The position numbers were made by a program, and so were the translations under genes. From assembly GCA_006515795.1 (NCBI GenBank), contig VFMC01000014.1, positions 1-35,171 of the forward strand: a stretch of 35,171 bases of DNA, written 5' to 3'. The stretch comes from Acidimicrobiaceae bacterium. Lineage in GTDB: Bacteria; Actinomycetota; Acidimicrobiia; Acidimicrobiales; Ilumatobacteraceae. The notes below the pieces were generated by a model, which was given only the letters and a program-made list of their open reading frames with translations, was not told the DNA's origin and did no database searches. This document shows positions 1 to 7,701 of the stretch, piece by piece (the first letter of the stretch is position 1; the number at the start of each line of letters is the position of its first letter).

Positions 1-59
1 CTCAGCGGTCCGTCGGGGAGCTCGAACTGTGGTACCACGAGGGTGAGCGAGTCGTCGCG
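1..59. repeat. 59-bp perfect direct repeat, copy 1 (copy 2 at 322-380); the left boundary may lie outside the window
   Basis: ctcagcggtccgtcggggagctcgaactgtggtaccacgagggtgagcgagtcgtcgcg occurs identically at 1-59 and 322-380. The sequences flanking the right ends differ. Confidence 0.9.
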
Positions 60-2132
60 GGTCGAGAGGTTGTCGGTGCAGGCGTCGCCCGGGAACGCTT
101 CGAGCACCACGGGGTGGAGTCGCTGCAGGGCGAAGTCGATGTTGCCTGTGGTGATGCTGTCGGAGAGAGCCGCGAAGAACTGCTCCGGAGTCTCGGCCTC
201 GGGTGCCTCTGCCGGAGGCGGGGCGTCGGGGTCGACCGCCATCGGCGAGGTGAACACGCCGAGCACCGGTGCCGCGAGTTGGCTCACGGACGTTCCGTCG
301 GATCCGAGCGTGAGCACGTAGCTCAGCGGTCCGTCGGGGAGCTCGAACTGTGGTACCACGAGGGTGAGCGAGTCGTCGCGTCGATATGTCGGCCCTCCGG
401 CGGCGGCGAAGCTGACCTCGACGCTGCGGTCGTCCGGTTCGAGACCCAGCGGCGCGGCAAGAGCCATCGACACCGCCACGAATCCACCGGCGTCCAGCGC
501 GGGGTCACCCCGCGGGCAGATCGTGAGACCGACCTGGCCGGGCCCGCACGGGAAGATCGTGTTGGCGAACAGCGGCGTGTGACGGAACGCATCGAGGTCG
601 GCTGCAGGTTGGCCGTTGGACCCGAGCGGGTTGATGTACCCCGCGCCATGAGCGACCAGGCTCGGGTCGCCGCTGGCGGCAGCGAACACCCAGTAGCGCG
701 CGTTCACGCTGCAGGCGTCGTTCATGCGCTGGGTGAGCGCCACGTCGTCGGGAGCGAAGTACCAGAAGCACCCCGGCTCGTCGGCCCCGTTCGCCAAGGC
801 GCCTGCCGGGGTGTTCGCCATCGTGTTCAGCACCGTGCCTGCCGCAACGAACGAAGCGGTAGATGGCAGCGTGAAGTCGTCGAAGTCGTCGGCCGACACT
901 TGAACCTCGTCGCCGGTCACGGTGTAGCTACCGTCGTCGCCCCACAGCGACGCTGGTAGCTCGGTGATCCCGCCGTTCGGGTGGATGAGGACCACTGATT
1001 CCACGTTGCAGGGACCGAACTGTCGCAGCGGGTGGTTCACGATCGTGGTCACGAACGGCGTGCCGGGCACCAGCCCCGCGGATCGGCCGGTGTGGCGGAA
1101 CGCACCGCAAGTGCTCACGAGCTCGATCGTGGAGCCGGGCGCGAAGCCGCCGGCGAAGATGAACGGGAACCCTGCCTGAGAAGGGCCGGCCTGCTGGGTG
1201 ACGGCATCGGGCACCGAGCCGTTGTGGGTGATGACCACGTCTCCGCCCATGCCCACGAACGGCACCCCACCTTGGAAGCAGGGGAGGACCGCTGGCTCGC
1301 AGGCTCGCCAGAAGTCGGCTGGGGGGAACTGACTCGGACCCGCCGATGCGCCGAATTCGGCGCAGACCGACTTCTCAGCTGAGGAATCCAGGGTGGTCCC
1401 GGGACCGGCAGCCGTTGGGGGCACAGGAACCACCGGACTGGGCGCCGCGGTTGTGGTGACGATCAAGTTCGGTGGCGCAGACACCGAGGTCGACGTATCA
1501 CCGCCATCTCGAAGCGCGAAGTAGGCCGCGGCGGAACCCCCGATCAGCAGCACGAACGTGGCGATGATGCCGATGAGGCAGCCGTTGCCATCCGGCTTTG
1601 GTTCCGTCGGCGTCGTCGTCGTCGGCGTCGGCGTCGTCGGCGTCGGGGCCGTTGGCGATGTGGCCGGTGGCGATGTGGCCGGTGGCGATGTGGCCGGTGC
1701 CGACGTCGAGGGGATCGCGGCGCCGATCACCCGCTTGGTGAGGCGCACCTTGCCGTTCAGGACCTCGAGGCCGGCGAGCTCCTTGCCGTTCGACTTCAAG
1801 GTGTCGTTGAACCGCTTCACCCAGTTGTCGATGCCGCTCTTCATTCCCCCCATCGTGGGGATGTTGGTGGTATCGACGGCGAGCTGGCCGGCGGTAACGC
1901 TCACCGGCAAGGTCAGCGACACGAACCCCCAACCGACCTTGACCTCGGCGCTGTTGGTTCCGGTCGAGGCCGCTTCCGCGGTCGGCGCCATCGCCTCAGG
2001 CACACCCGGCGGGCGGGGCAGCCACCCGACCTGGGCGAGGTCGAGCTCGGCCACCAACCGGGTGCACGCAATGAAGTCCTTGACCTCTTGCGGAGCGTTG
2101 TCGGGCAACTTCGGAGGCTTGGGTTTCCCCAC
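1..2132 (-). CDS. Membrane-anchored protein of unknown function with a Pro/Thr-rich linker; the 3' end runs off the window
   Basis: The minus-strand frame is open from 2213 to position 1. It is absent from the ORF track because there is no stop inside the window. G/C third-position bias is strong. GTG at 2132 is the preferred start; alternatives are 2180 and 2183. Translation starts MGKPKPPKLPDNAPQEVKDF. A linker follows (PATSPPATSPPATSP...TPTTPTPTTTTPTEPKP), then one TM helix (CLIGIIATFVLLIGGSAAAYFAL), then a Cys-containing C-terminal region with an internal repeat (RDDSLTLVVPQFELPDGPL twice). No family recognised. Confidence 0.6.
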   Translation of the reverse strand, partial: MGKPKPPKLPDNAPQEVKDFIACTRLVAELDLAQVGWLPRPPGVPEAMAPTAEAASTGTNSAEVKVGWGFVSLTLPVSVTAGQLAVDTTNIPTMGGMKSGIDNWVKRFNDTLKSNGKELAGLEVLNGKVRLTKRVIGAAIPSTSAPATSPPATSPPATSPTAPTPTTPTPTTTTPTEPKPDGNGCLIGIIATFVLLIGGSAAAYFALRDGGDTSTSVSAPPNLIVTTTAAPSPVVPVPPTAAGPGTTLDSSAEKSVCAEFGASAGPSQFPPADFWRACEPAVLPCFQGGVPFVGMGGDVVITHNGSVPDAVTQQAGPSQAGFPFIFAGGFAPGSTIELVSTCGAFRHTGRSAGLVPGTPFVTTIVNHPLRQFGPCNVESVVLIHPNGGITELPASLWGDDGSYTVTGDEVQVSADDFDDFTLPSTASFVAAGTVLNTMANTPAGALANGADEPGCFWYFAPDDVALTQRMNDACSVNARYWVFAAASGDPSLVAHGAGYINPLGSNGQPAADLDAFRHTPLFANTIFPCGPGQVGLTICPRGDPALDAGGFVAVSMALAAPLGLEPDDRSVEVSFAAAGGPTYRRDDSLTLVVPQFELPDGPLSYVLTLGSDGTSVSQLAAPVLGVFTSPMAVDPDAPPPAEAPEAETPEQFFAALSDSITTGNIDFALQRLHPVVLEAFPGDACTDNLSTRDDSLTLVVPQFELPDGPL
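322..380. repeat. 59-bp perfect direct repeat, copy 2
   Basis: Identical to 1-59. Both copies lie inside the minus-strand CDS and encode (S/R)RDDSLTLVVPQFELPDGPL. Confidence 0.9.
1654..1698. repeat. 15-bp tandem repeat x3 (ggcgatgtggccggt), coding
   Basis: Three exact head-to-tail copies at 1654-1668, 1669-1683 and 1684-1698. They encode the PATSP repeats of the linker on the minus strand. Confidence 0.9.
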
Positions 2133-2213
2133 CCCCGCAAGCGTAAGCGAACTGGGCGAGCACCGGGGTCGACTGCACACCACGGCGAGGGCTGCGAGAA
2201 GGTGATGGTTGCC

Positions 2214-3701
2214 CTACCGGTGACCCGGGCCAGGGCAGGTGCCCTCGGCGCGCTCGCGTACGGCGCGGACCAAACCCGGAAACACGAAGCGATGGAAAGG
2301 CCGCACCGCGTACCAGTAGAGATAGCCGATGATGCCTCGCGGCTCGAACAGCGCCGTCTGCTCGAGGAGCGCGCCCCCGGCGTCGGGTAGCACCTCGAAC
2401 TGCAGCCAAGCCCGCCCGGGCAGCTTCATCTCGGCTCGAAGCCGTAGTAGGTGCGGAGCCTCGATCACCTCGACGCGCCAGAAGTCGAGTGGATCACCGG
2501 CGCGCAGTTCCCGCGGGTGGCGCCTGCCGCGCCGCATGCCCACTCCCCCAAGAGCCCGGTCGAGAAGCCCCCGCAGCTGCCAGAGCGCATTGCCGGCGGG
2601 CCACCCGTCGTCGCCACCGAGCTCGCAGACGACGTCGAACACGCGCTCCGGCGAGGACTCGACGCGACTGCGGTGCCGCTCGAGCAGCATGCCCTCATGG
2701 GCCGAGAGCTGGCGACCCTCGGGCTGGCCGCGGCTCAGGCTGGCCAGGCTCGACGCCCAGGTGGTCTCCACGTCGTCGGTGCCGAGACGTGCCATGGCAC
2801 GCTCAACGGCTTCGTCGTAGCCCATCGGTCGCACCGCGAACTCGCCCAGCGCACGGTCGTCACGGACCACGACCTCCGTCTGCAAGCTCTGGATCAAGGG
2901 ATGGGCGATCCGGTAGGGAATCGGGGTGACGAGATCGACGAATCGACTGCTCAGCGAAGGCCGAGGAACCGGAAGCGCGACGATGATGCGCCGCAAACCT
3001 CGAACCCGGGCGTAGTGGAGGATCATCTCGCGGTAGCTCAGGACGTCGCGTCCGCCGATCTCGTAGATGCCGCGTACGTCGTCGTCGTCGAGAGTCCTGA
3101 GGAGGTAGTCGAGGACGTCTCGCACGCTGATCGGCTGGCAACGGGTGTCGATCCATCGAGGGGTCACCATCAGCGGGAGGCGCTCGGTGAGATGGCGGAT
3201 CATCTCGAAGCTCGCCGAGCCCGAACCCACGATGACGGCAGCGCGGAACTCGACCACCGGCACACCTCCCTCCGTCAGGGCGCGCCCCACCTCGTGGCGG
3301 GAGACCAGGTGCCGGCTGTGCACCTCCTCGGGACGACCGAGCCCGCCGAGGTACACGATCCGGCGGACACCGGCTTCGCCTGCCGCTCGGGCGAAGGCCT
3401 CGGCGATCATCCGGTCGCGCTCGCGAAAGGCATCACCCTCAGCCATCGAATGAACGAGGTAGTAGGCGACGTCGATTCCCTCGAGTGCCGCCGGGAGCAC
3501 CGAGTCATCGGCGAGATCGCCAGGCACGATCTCGACGCCGGGCCAATCGCGCCCGGCGACACGGTCAGGGTCGCGCACCACGCAACGGACGTGATGCCCT
3601 CGCGCGAGCAGGCGTGGCACCAGCCGTCCCCCGATGTAACCCGTCGCACCGGTGACGAGCACGCGCACCGGATGCGCCGAAAGCTCCACCTGCAAGTCCA
3701 T
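2214..3701 (-). CDS. NAD(P)-binding SDR/NmrA-like oxidoreductase fused to a DUF2867-like C-terminal domain
   Basis: Part of ORF 2214..3797. The likely start is the ATG at 3701 (MDLQVELSAHPVRVLVTGATGYIGGRL), which contains the Rossmann motif TGATGYIGG. The C-terminal ~150 aa (WRVEVIEAPHLLRLRAEMKLPGRAWLQFEV) resembles DUF2867 as I recall it. Confidence 0.8.
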   Translation of the reverse strand: MDLQVELSAHPVRVLVTGATGYIGGRLVPRLLARGHHVRCVVRDPDRVAGRDWPGVEIVPGDLADDSVLPAALEGIDVAYYLVHSMAEGDAFRERDRMIAEAFARAAGEAGVRRIVYLGGLGRPEEVHSRHLVSRHEVGRALTEGGVPVVEFRAAVIVGSGSASFEMIRHLTERLPLMVTPRWIDTRCQPISVRDVLDYLLRTLDDDDVRGIYEIGGRDVLSYREMILHYARVRGLRRIIVALPVPRPSLSSRFVDLVTPIPYRIAHPLIQSLQTEVVVRDDRALGEFAVRPMGYDEAVERAMARLGTDDVETTWASSLASLSRGQPEGRQLSAHEGMLLERHRSRVESSPERVFDVVCELGGDDGWPAGNALWQLRGLLDRALGGVGMRRGRRHPRELRAGDPLDFWRVEVIEAPHLLRLRAEMKLPGRAWLQFEVLPDAGGALLEQTALFEPRGIIGYLYWYAVRPFHRFVFPGLVRAVRERAEGTCPGPGHR

Positions 3702-3944
3702 GCCTGACGGCAGCACAACCACCGGGCCTCCCAGTCCCCATTGCGTGGCACGGCGCGGCCCGCGCACCAGAGGCCATGGTCCCGAACACCACGCCACCAG
3801 CCGGCAGGCACCGACACCGTCGCCGCCCCGCCCCGCTCCTCAGCCTCCCGGACGAACGCGCCGCTCGCCTGGTCACGGGTTCCCCAGGGCGGAGCACGGG
3901 AGAGACCTGAAACCCACTTGCGGCAGCTCGGGCAGGCGGATCAG

Positions 3945-4688
3945 ATGCATGTGGTGAAGGACTACAGGCCAGCGCAGAGCTTCGGCGAGGACGTCGCCGC
4001 CACCTACGACGACGAGAACGTCCGCGGCGACGAGGACGCAACCGTTGCTTTCCTGGAACGGCTGGCCGGCGGTGGCACGGTGCTCGAGTTGGCCATCGGC
4101 ACCGGCCGCATCGGACTGCCGCTCGCAGCCCGTGGTCTGCGCGTCGACGGGATCGAGATCTCGCCGGCGATGGCAGCACGGCTGCGGGCCAAACCGGGCG
4201 GCGACCAGATCCAGGTGACCATCGGCGACTTCGCCGACGTCTCCGTGCCCGGCACGTACCGGCTGATCTTCGTGGTCTACAACACGTTCTTCAACCTGCT
4301 GACCCAGGACGACCAGGTGCGCTGCTTCGAGAACGTGGCAGCCCACCTCGGCGAAGACGGCTCGTTCGTCATCGAAGCCTTCGTCCCCAGCTTCTTGTAC
4401 CGACTGCGCAACGATCAGTACGTCGATGCCGAAGCGATCGAGGTCGGCGAGGTCAGGCTCGACGTCGGGCGCCACGACCCCGTCGCGCAGCTCCTCGACG
4501 AGAGCCACGTCTCGCTTTCGAATGCCGGGGTTCGCGTGTTCCCGATCGTGTCCAGGTACGCCTGGCCGACCGAGCTCGATCTGATGGCGCGCATCGCCGG
4601 CCTCCGACTGGTGGATCGTTGGGCCGGCTGGATGGACCAACCCTTCACCTCCACCAGCAAGCGCCATGTCTCCGTCTACCGACGGTGA
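3945..4688 (+). CDS. Class I SAM-dependent methyltransferase
   Basis: Part of ORF 3741..4688. The ATG at 3945 (MHVVKDYRPAQSF) follows low-quality upstream sequence. Motif I is VLELAIGTGRIG. Length and layout are typical (247 aa). Confidence 0.8.
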   Translation: MHVVKDYRPAQSFGEDVAATYDDENVRGDEDATVAFLERLAGGGTVLELAIGTGRIGLPLAARGLRVDGIEISPAMAARLRAKPGGDQIQVTIGDFADVSVPGTYRLIFVVYNTFFNLLTQDDQVRCFENVAAHLGEDGSFVIEAFVPSFLYRLRNDQYVDAEAIEVGEVRLDVGRHDPVAQLLDESHVSLSNAGVRVFPIVSRYAWPTELDLMARIAGLRLVDRWAGWMDQPFTSTSKRHVSVYRR

Positions 4689-4715
4689 TTGATCATCGGC
4701 CCTGTTCCCAGCACT

Positions 4716-4739
4716 GACCATATGTGATACCATATGGTC
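4716..4739. promoter_or_regulatory. Candidate operator: paired CCATATG half-sites overlapping the antitoxin start codon
   Basis: The sequence gaccatatgtgataccatatggtc has accatatggt as a perfect palindrome containing the ATG at 4734, with a second ccatatg 4 nt upstream. RHH antitoxins typically autoregulate at such repeats. Confidence 0.4.
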
Positions 4740-4985
4740 GTGGCGCGACGTGAGGTACTGGTCCAACTTGACGACGATCTGGTGGATCGACTCGATTCGC
4801 TTGCTTCTGCCCTCGGCACGAACCGATCCGAATTGCTGCGTCGTGGCGCGCAAGCAGTGCTCGAGGCGGAGCAACTCGCCACAGCAGATCGGGAGTTGCA
4901 GATCGCGTACCGTCGCCAACCCGCCGATCCTGCGCTGGTCCGGTCGGCACGACGACTCGCCGCCGAGACCGCGCCGGCGTGGTAG
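4734..4985 (+). CDS. Ribbon-helix-helix (CopG/MazE-like) antitoxin
   Basis: 83 aa. The N-terminal RHH signature is VLVQLDDDLVDRLDSLASALGTNRSELLRRGAQAVL. It overlaps the downstream toxin gene by 7 nt. Confidence 0.8.
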   Translation: MVVARREVLVQLDDDLVDRLDSLASALGTNRSELLRRGAQAVLEAEQLATADRELQIAYRRQPADPALVRSARRLAAETAPAW

Positions 4986-5302
4986 CACGCAACGACATCT
5001 TCTGGGCCGACCTCGGCCCGCCGGCCGGGCGGCGCCCGGTGTGTGTGTTGACGCGTGATGCGGCTATTGCGGTGCTCACGGCCGTCACCTGCGCGCCGAT
5101 CACGCGCACCATCCGTGGCATCCGTTCGGAGGTCGAACTCGGCCCGGAACATGGCCTGCCCGACTCCTGCGTCATCACTTGCGACAACGTGATCACGATC
5201 CCTATCGACGCCCTCGACGACAAACCCGTCGGCCACCTCGACGATGCCGCCCGAGCAGCGCTCGATGAGGCGTTGCGCTACGCCCTTGACATCGCCTACT
5301 GA
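4979..5302 (+). CDS. mazF: PemK/MazF-family type II toxin (mRNA interferase)
   Basis: 107 aa with a GTG start. The pattern DIFWADLGPPAGRRPVCVLTRD...APITRTIRGIRSEVELG...VITCDNVITIPIDAL matches the MazF/PemK fold pattern. Confidence 0.8.
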   Translation: MVARNDIFWADLGPPAGRRPVCVLTRDAAIAVLTAVTCAPITRTIRGIRSEVELGPEHGLPDSCVITCDNVITIPIDALDDKPVGHLDDAARAALDEALRYALDIAY

Positions 5303-5318
5303 CCGGCGCTCGTGCCTA

Positions 5319-5630
5319 TCAACGTAGAAGCGCGCCGAACGCTCGCACATCTACGACGACATCACCATCGTCGGTGACCCGCGGAGGTTCGACACCCTCG
5401 AGCGCTGCGTGGATCGAAACCATCTGACCGCCGACGATCGCCCAGCGATCCACCGGCACTCGCGTGGCGAGTTGCGCGATCGCCTCCCACGTCGACGCAC
5501 CGGCCGCAGTGAGCGGCCCGATCCGAGCGACTGGCAGTTCGTCGAACGAATGGGTGTTGCTCACGCTCGGGCTCGCAATGCCTCGGATGCGGAACGGTCG
5601 TCGCGATCGTCGACCATGTCGACCATGCAA
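5319..5630 (-). pseudogene. Possible 5' stub of a nucleotidyltransferase (AbiEii/DUF1814-like) gene
   Basis: The translation contains WAIVGGQMVSIHAALEGVEPPRVTDDGDVVVDVR, which fits the NTase hGG...D-x-D pattern. The frame stops about 10 aa later, where about 200 more aa would be expected. It abuts the mazF 3' end. Confidence 0.3.
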
Positions 5631-6006
5631 ACGACCATCGGCGCGTGATGGCCGTGTTCGAACAGCCAGGCATCATCTGGCGCAACCCTGACGATCAGGT
5701 TCGGTTCGGCGCTGTCACGCAGCCGATGGTCCTCGACCAGGGAACCGAAGTCGGACCGGCGCGATGAACACACCGATCGGCATCTCGGCGATCGTCGGGG
5801 GTTCCGTGCAAGCTTGAGGCGCGCGGCGACCGTGTCAGTGGCCATGGATCTTCCGGCACGCGGCCACAAATGCGGCGCAGGCTGGAACTAGCAGTGAGCG
5901 CACACGCACACTTCGCTCACCACCGTGAGCGCTGTCATCACCCGACTCCCGGAACGATGCGCTGAATGACCGCCCGACATCGCCGATCACTTCGTTCGGC
6001 CGGACG

Positions 6007-6285
6007 TCAGATGGTTCGGTAGACGTCGCCGCGGCGGTCGACGCGGAGCACTGTCACTGTTCGTTTGCCCTCGTCGATCCGATACAGGATGCGGTAGCTC
6101 CCTCGGCGTGCGCTGTGGATGCCAGCGAGTTCCTTGCGCAGCTCTCGACCTACGCGACGGGGGTTCTCGATCAGCGATCCGGTGATGAAGTCGATGACGG
6201 CAGCGCTGACCGCCTCGGGGAGAGTCTCGGCGATCGCACGCGCCGCAGGGCGGGCAACAACGAGCTCGTAGCCGGCTTCGGTCAT
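6007..6285 (-). CDS. RelE/ParE-family type II toxin
   Basis: 92 aa. The sequence LIENPRRVGRELRKELAGIHSARRGSYRILYRIDEGKRTVTVLRVDRRGDVYR is a typical RelE/ParE core. Confidence 0.85.
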   Translation of the reverse strand: MTEAGYELVVARPAARAIAETLPEAVSAAVIDFITGSLIENPRRVGRELRKELAGIHSARRGSYRILYRIDEGKRTVTVLRVDRRGDVYRTI

Positions 6286-6560
6286 CGGGTGGGTGGTGCG
6301 CGCAATGATCGGACGGCCTCAACGCCTCGGACCACGTCGCCAGCGGCGACAGCGGCTTCGGCCTCGACGAGTTCCTTGATCGCGTCGTGGTCGCCGAGCA
6401 GCTCGAGGGTCTCTTCGAGGCTGTCGAGGTCATCCGGGCTGATCAGAACGGCGGCGGGTCGACCATTGCGGGTGACAACGATGCGTTCGTGCTCCCGGTC
6501 AACGCGGTCAACGAATTCGGAGAATCGGTCCTTCACGTTCCGCAACGAATCGGTCGTCAT
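6282..6560 (-). CDS. Phd/YefM-family antitoxin
   Basis: Part of ORF 6282..6596. The likely start is the ATG at 6560 (MTTDSLRNVKDRFSEFVDRVDREHERIVVTRNGRPAAVLISPDDLDSLEETLELL). It has a 4-nt ATGA overlap with the toxin gene. Confidence 0.85.
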   Translation of the reverse strand: MTTDSLRNVKDRFSEFVDRVDREHERIVVTRNGRPAAVLISPDDLDSLEETLELLGDHDAIKELVEAEAAVAAGDVVRGVEAVRSLRAPPTR

Positions 6561-6729
6561 GGTCACGATTGTGCCACGCATAGGAGTCGGTGGCAACCCG
6601 CCCGGAAGTCACGGACGACGACTGACCGCAGGGCCCGAGAACGGCGAACCCGAGCACGATTAGTACAAGCTGCCGAACGCCGCCAACCATGATCCGTGAC
6701 CAGGTGGATGTGAGCGGGCAGTCACCGTT

Positions 6730-6970
6730 CCAGAGCTCAGCGTTGTCGCCCTCGTCGGCGCGTCGGGGTCCGGCAAGTCGACGTTCGCTGCCCACCACTT
6801 CCTGCCCACGGAAGTGATCTCCGCCGACTTCTGTCGCAAGCTGTTCAGAGACGACGAGAACGATCAGAGAGGTCGTCAAGCCCGTCGACGTCGTCGTGCC
6901 GTTCAAGCGCAGCATCGCGCAGCCCGGCATTAGGTGCCGCGGCCCCGAGTACCTGCGCACTATCTACGGC
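6730..6970 (+). pseudogene. Remnant of a Pnkp-like polynucleotide kinase-phosphatase, with N-terminal P-loop and C-terminal pieces joined by an internal deletion
   Basis: Positions 6730-6867 read PELSVVALVGASGSGKSTFAAHHFLPTEVISADFCRKLFRDDENDQ, with no usable start codon. From 6869, one frame over, the reading is EVVKPVDVVVPFKRSIAQPGIRCRGPEYLRTIYG. That matches my recollection of the Pnkp C-terminal (ligase-like) domain motif CRGREYLRIIYGPEY. About 2 kb of the gene is missing in between. Confidence 0.5.
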
Positions 6971-7109
6971 GTCGCAGTTGCAGTGACGCGGCGGCTTCCC
7001 ACGGGTTGACGAAGCGGTGGATGCGTTCGAGCTCGATCGCGTGGGCGGTGGGGCACAGCTCGGCGAACATGCCGCCGCGGCCGACGCCAGCAAACGAAAT
7101 CCGCGCCAG
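6960..7109 (-). pseudogene. Fragment of a MobF/TraA-type relaxase-helicase (RecD-like domain)
   Basis: The translation is LARISFAGVGRGGMFAELCPTAHAIELERIHRFVNPWEAAASLQLR, then a stop. The HRF...WE..ASL.LR pattern is one I associate with actinobacterial conjugative relaxase helicase domains. Only about 45 aa is present. Confidence 0.4.
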
Positions 7110-7255
7110 TGAGTTGTGCGAACGGACCTGTTGCTGCTTGCACCGCAAGCAGCGCTCAGCCGTCGCAGGTGGTAGGAGACGGGATCCAGTTGCAAACCGG
7201 CTTGCGAATCGCGGACCACTGGCGCAGACTGGTCTTGCCTCGGGTGAGTACCCGT

Positions 7256-7306
7256 GGAAGTGGACCCGGTTGCCTGCCCGTAGGTAGGGGAACCGGGTTC
7301 TGCGCG
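7256..7306. repeat. ~50-nt hairpin element, copy 1
   Basis: The sequence is ggaagtggacccggttgcctgcccgtaggtaggggaaccgggttctgcgc. The outer stem is acccggtt/aaccgggt and the inner stem is an imperfect cctgcc/ggtagg. It is about 80 percent identical to copy 2. Confidence 0.7.
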
Positions 7307-7581
7307 TCAGGGCTCGATTGTCGAGATGCCCGCAACGATCGGGCTCACGACCTCTTCGAGGCGTCGCGCATTTTCAGCTTGCCAACGTCGCGCGCATCTC
7401 CGTGATTCTCTGAGCCAACGCGTGACTCGGAGGAACGGGATGGACCGACGCCGTCCCGTGCCCTACCATCTGCCGCGCAGGGTTCGTCCCGCGTACGAGG
7501 GATAGCGAGCCGTGCCCGGCTTGGCGATGTCGATTTGTTCGACGTCACCGATGTCCGGAACCGCCTCCGGCAAGCGCTTGA

Positions 7582-7630
7582 GGAAGTGGGCCCGGTTGCC
7601 TGCCGGATGGCAGGGGAGCCGGGCCCGCGC
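7582..7630. terminator. ~50-nt hairpin element, copy 2; candidate factor-independent terminator downstream of the acyl-CoA dehydrogenase
   Basis: The sequence is ggaagtgggcccggttgcctgccggatggcaggggagccgggcccgcgc. The outer stem is a perfect 8 bp (gggcccgg/ccgggccc) and the inner stem is 6 bp (cctgcc/ggcagg). A cttttcc run follows on the plus strand. It lies 72-120 nt past the stop of the minus-strand gene at 7702. Confidence 0.45.
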
Positions 7631-7701
7631 CTTTTCCGGCCCGAAAACGATGTCTGCCCCCAGTGGCAGTGGGCGGTGGCTTGACCGACAAGTTGCCGAA
7701 A

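Noticed and set aside
1560-1700. Short tandem repeats (15-bp x3 at 1654-1698; also 9-bp x4 at 18171-18206, 12-bp x2.7 at 14814-14846, 18-bp x2.8 at 22487-22540) considered as CRISPR or regulatory arrays
   Set aside because: The units are far too short and have no spacers. All lie in-frame inside coding regions and encode low-complexity peptide repeats (PATSP, VAA, AIPA, IDPDAT). This is not CRISPR.
2451-3707. 418-aa plus-strand ORF opposite the SDR/DUF2867 gene
   Set aside because: Antisense shadow ORF. The minus-strand product has a clear Rossmann motif and a sensible sequence.
5561-5869. 102-aa minus-strand ORF upstream of the NTase stub, considered as an AbiEi-like antitoxin
   Set aside because: Coding bias is only moderate and I recognised no convincing motif. 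It may be another eroded fragment, but I cannot support a call.
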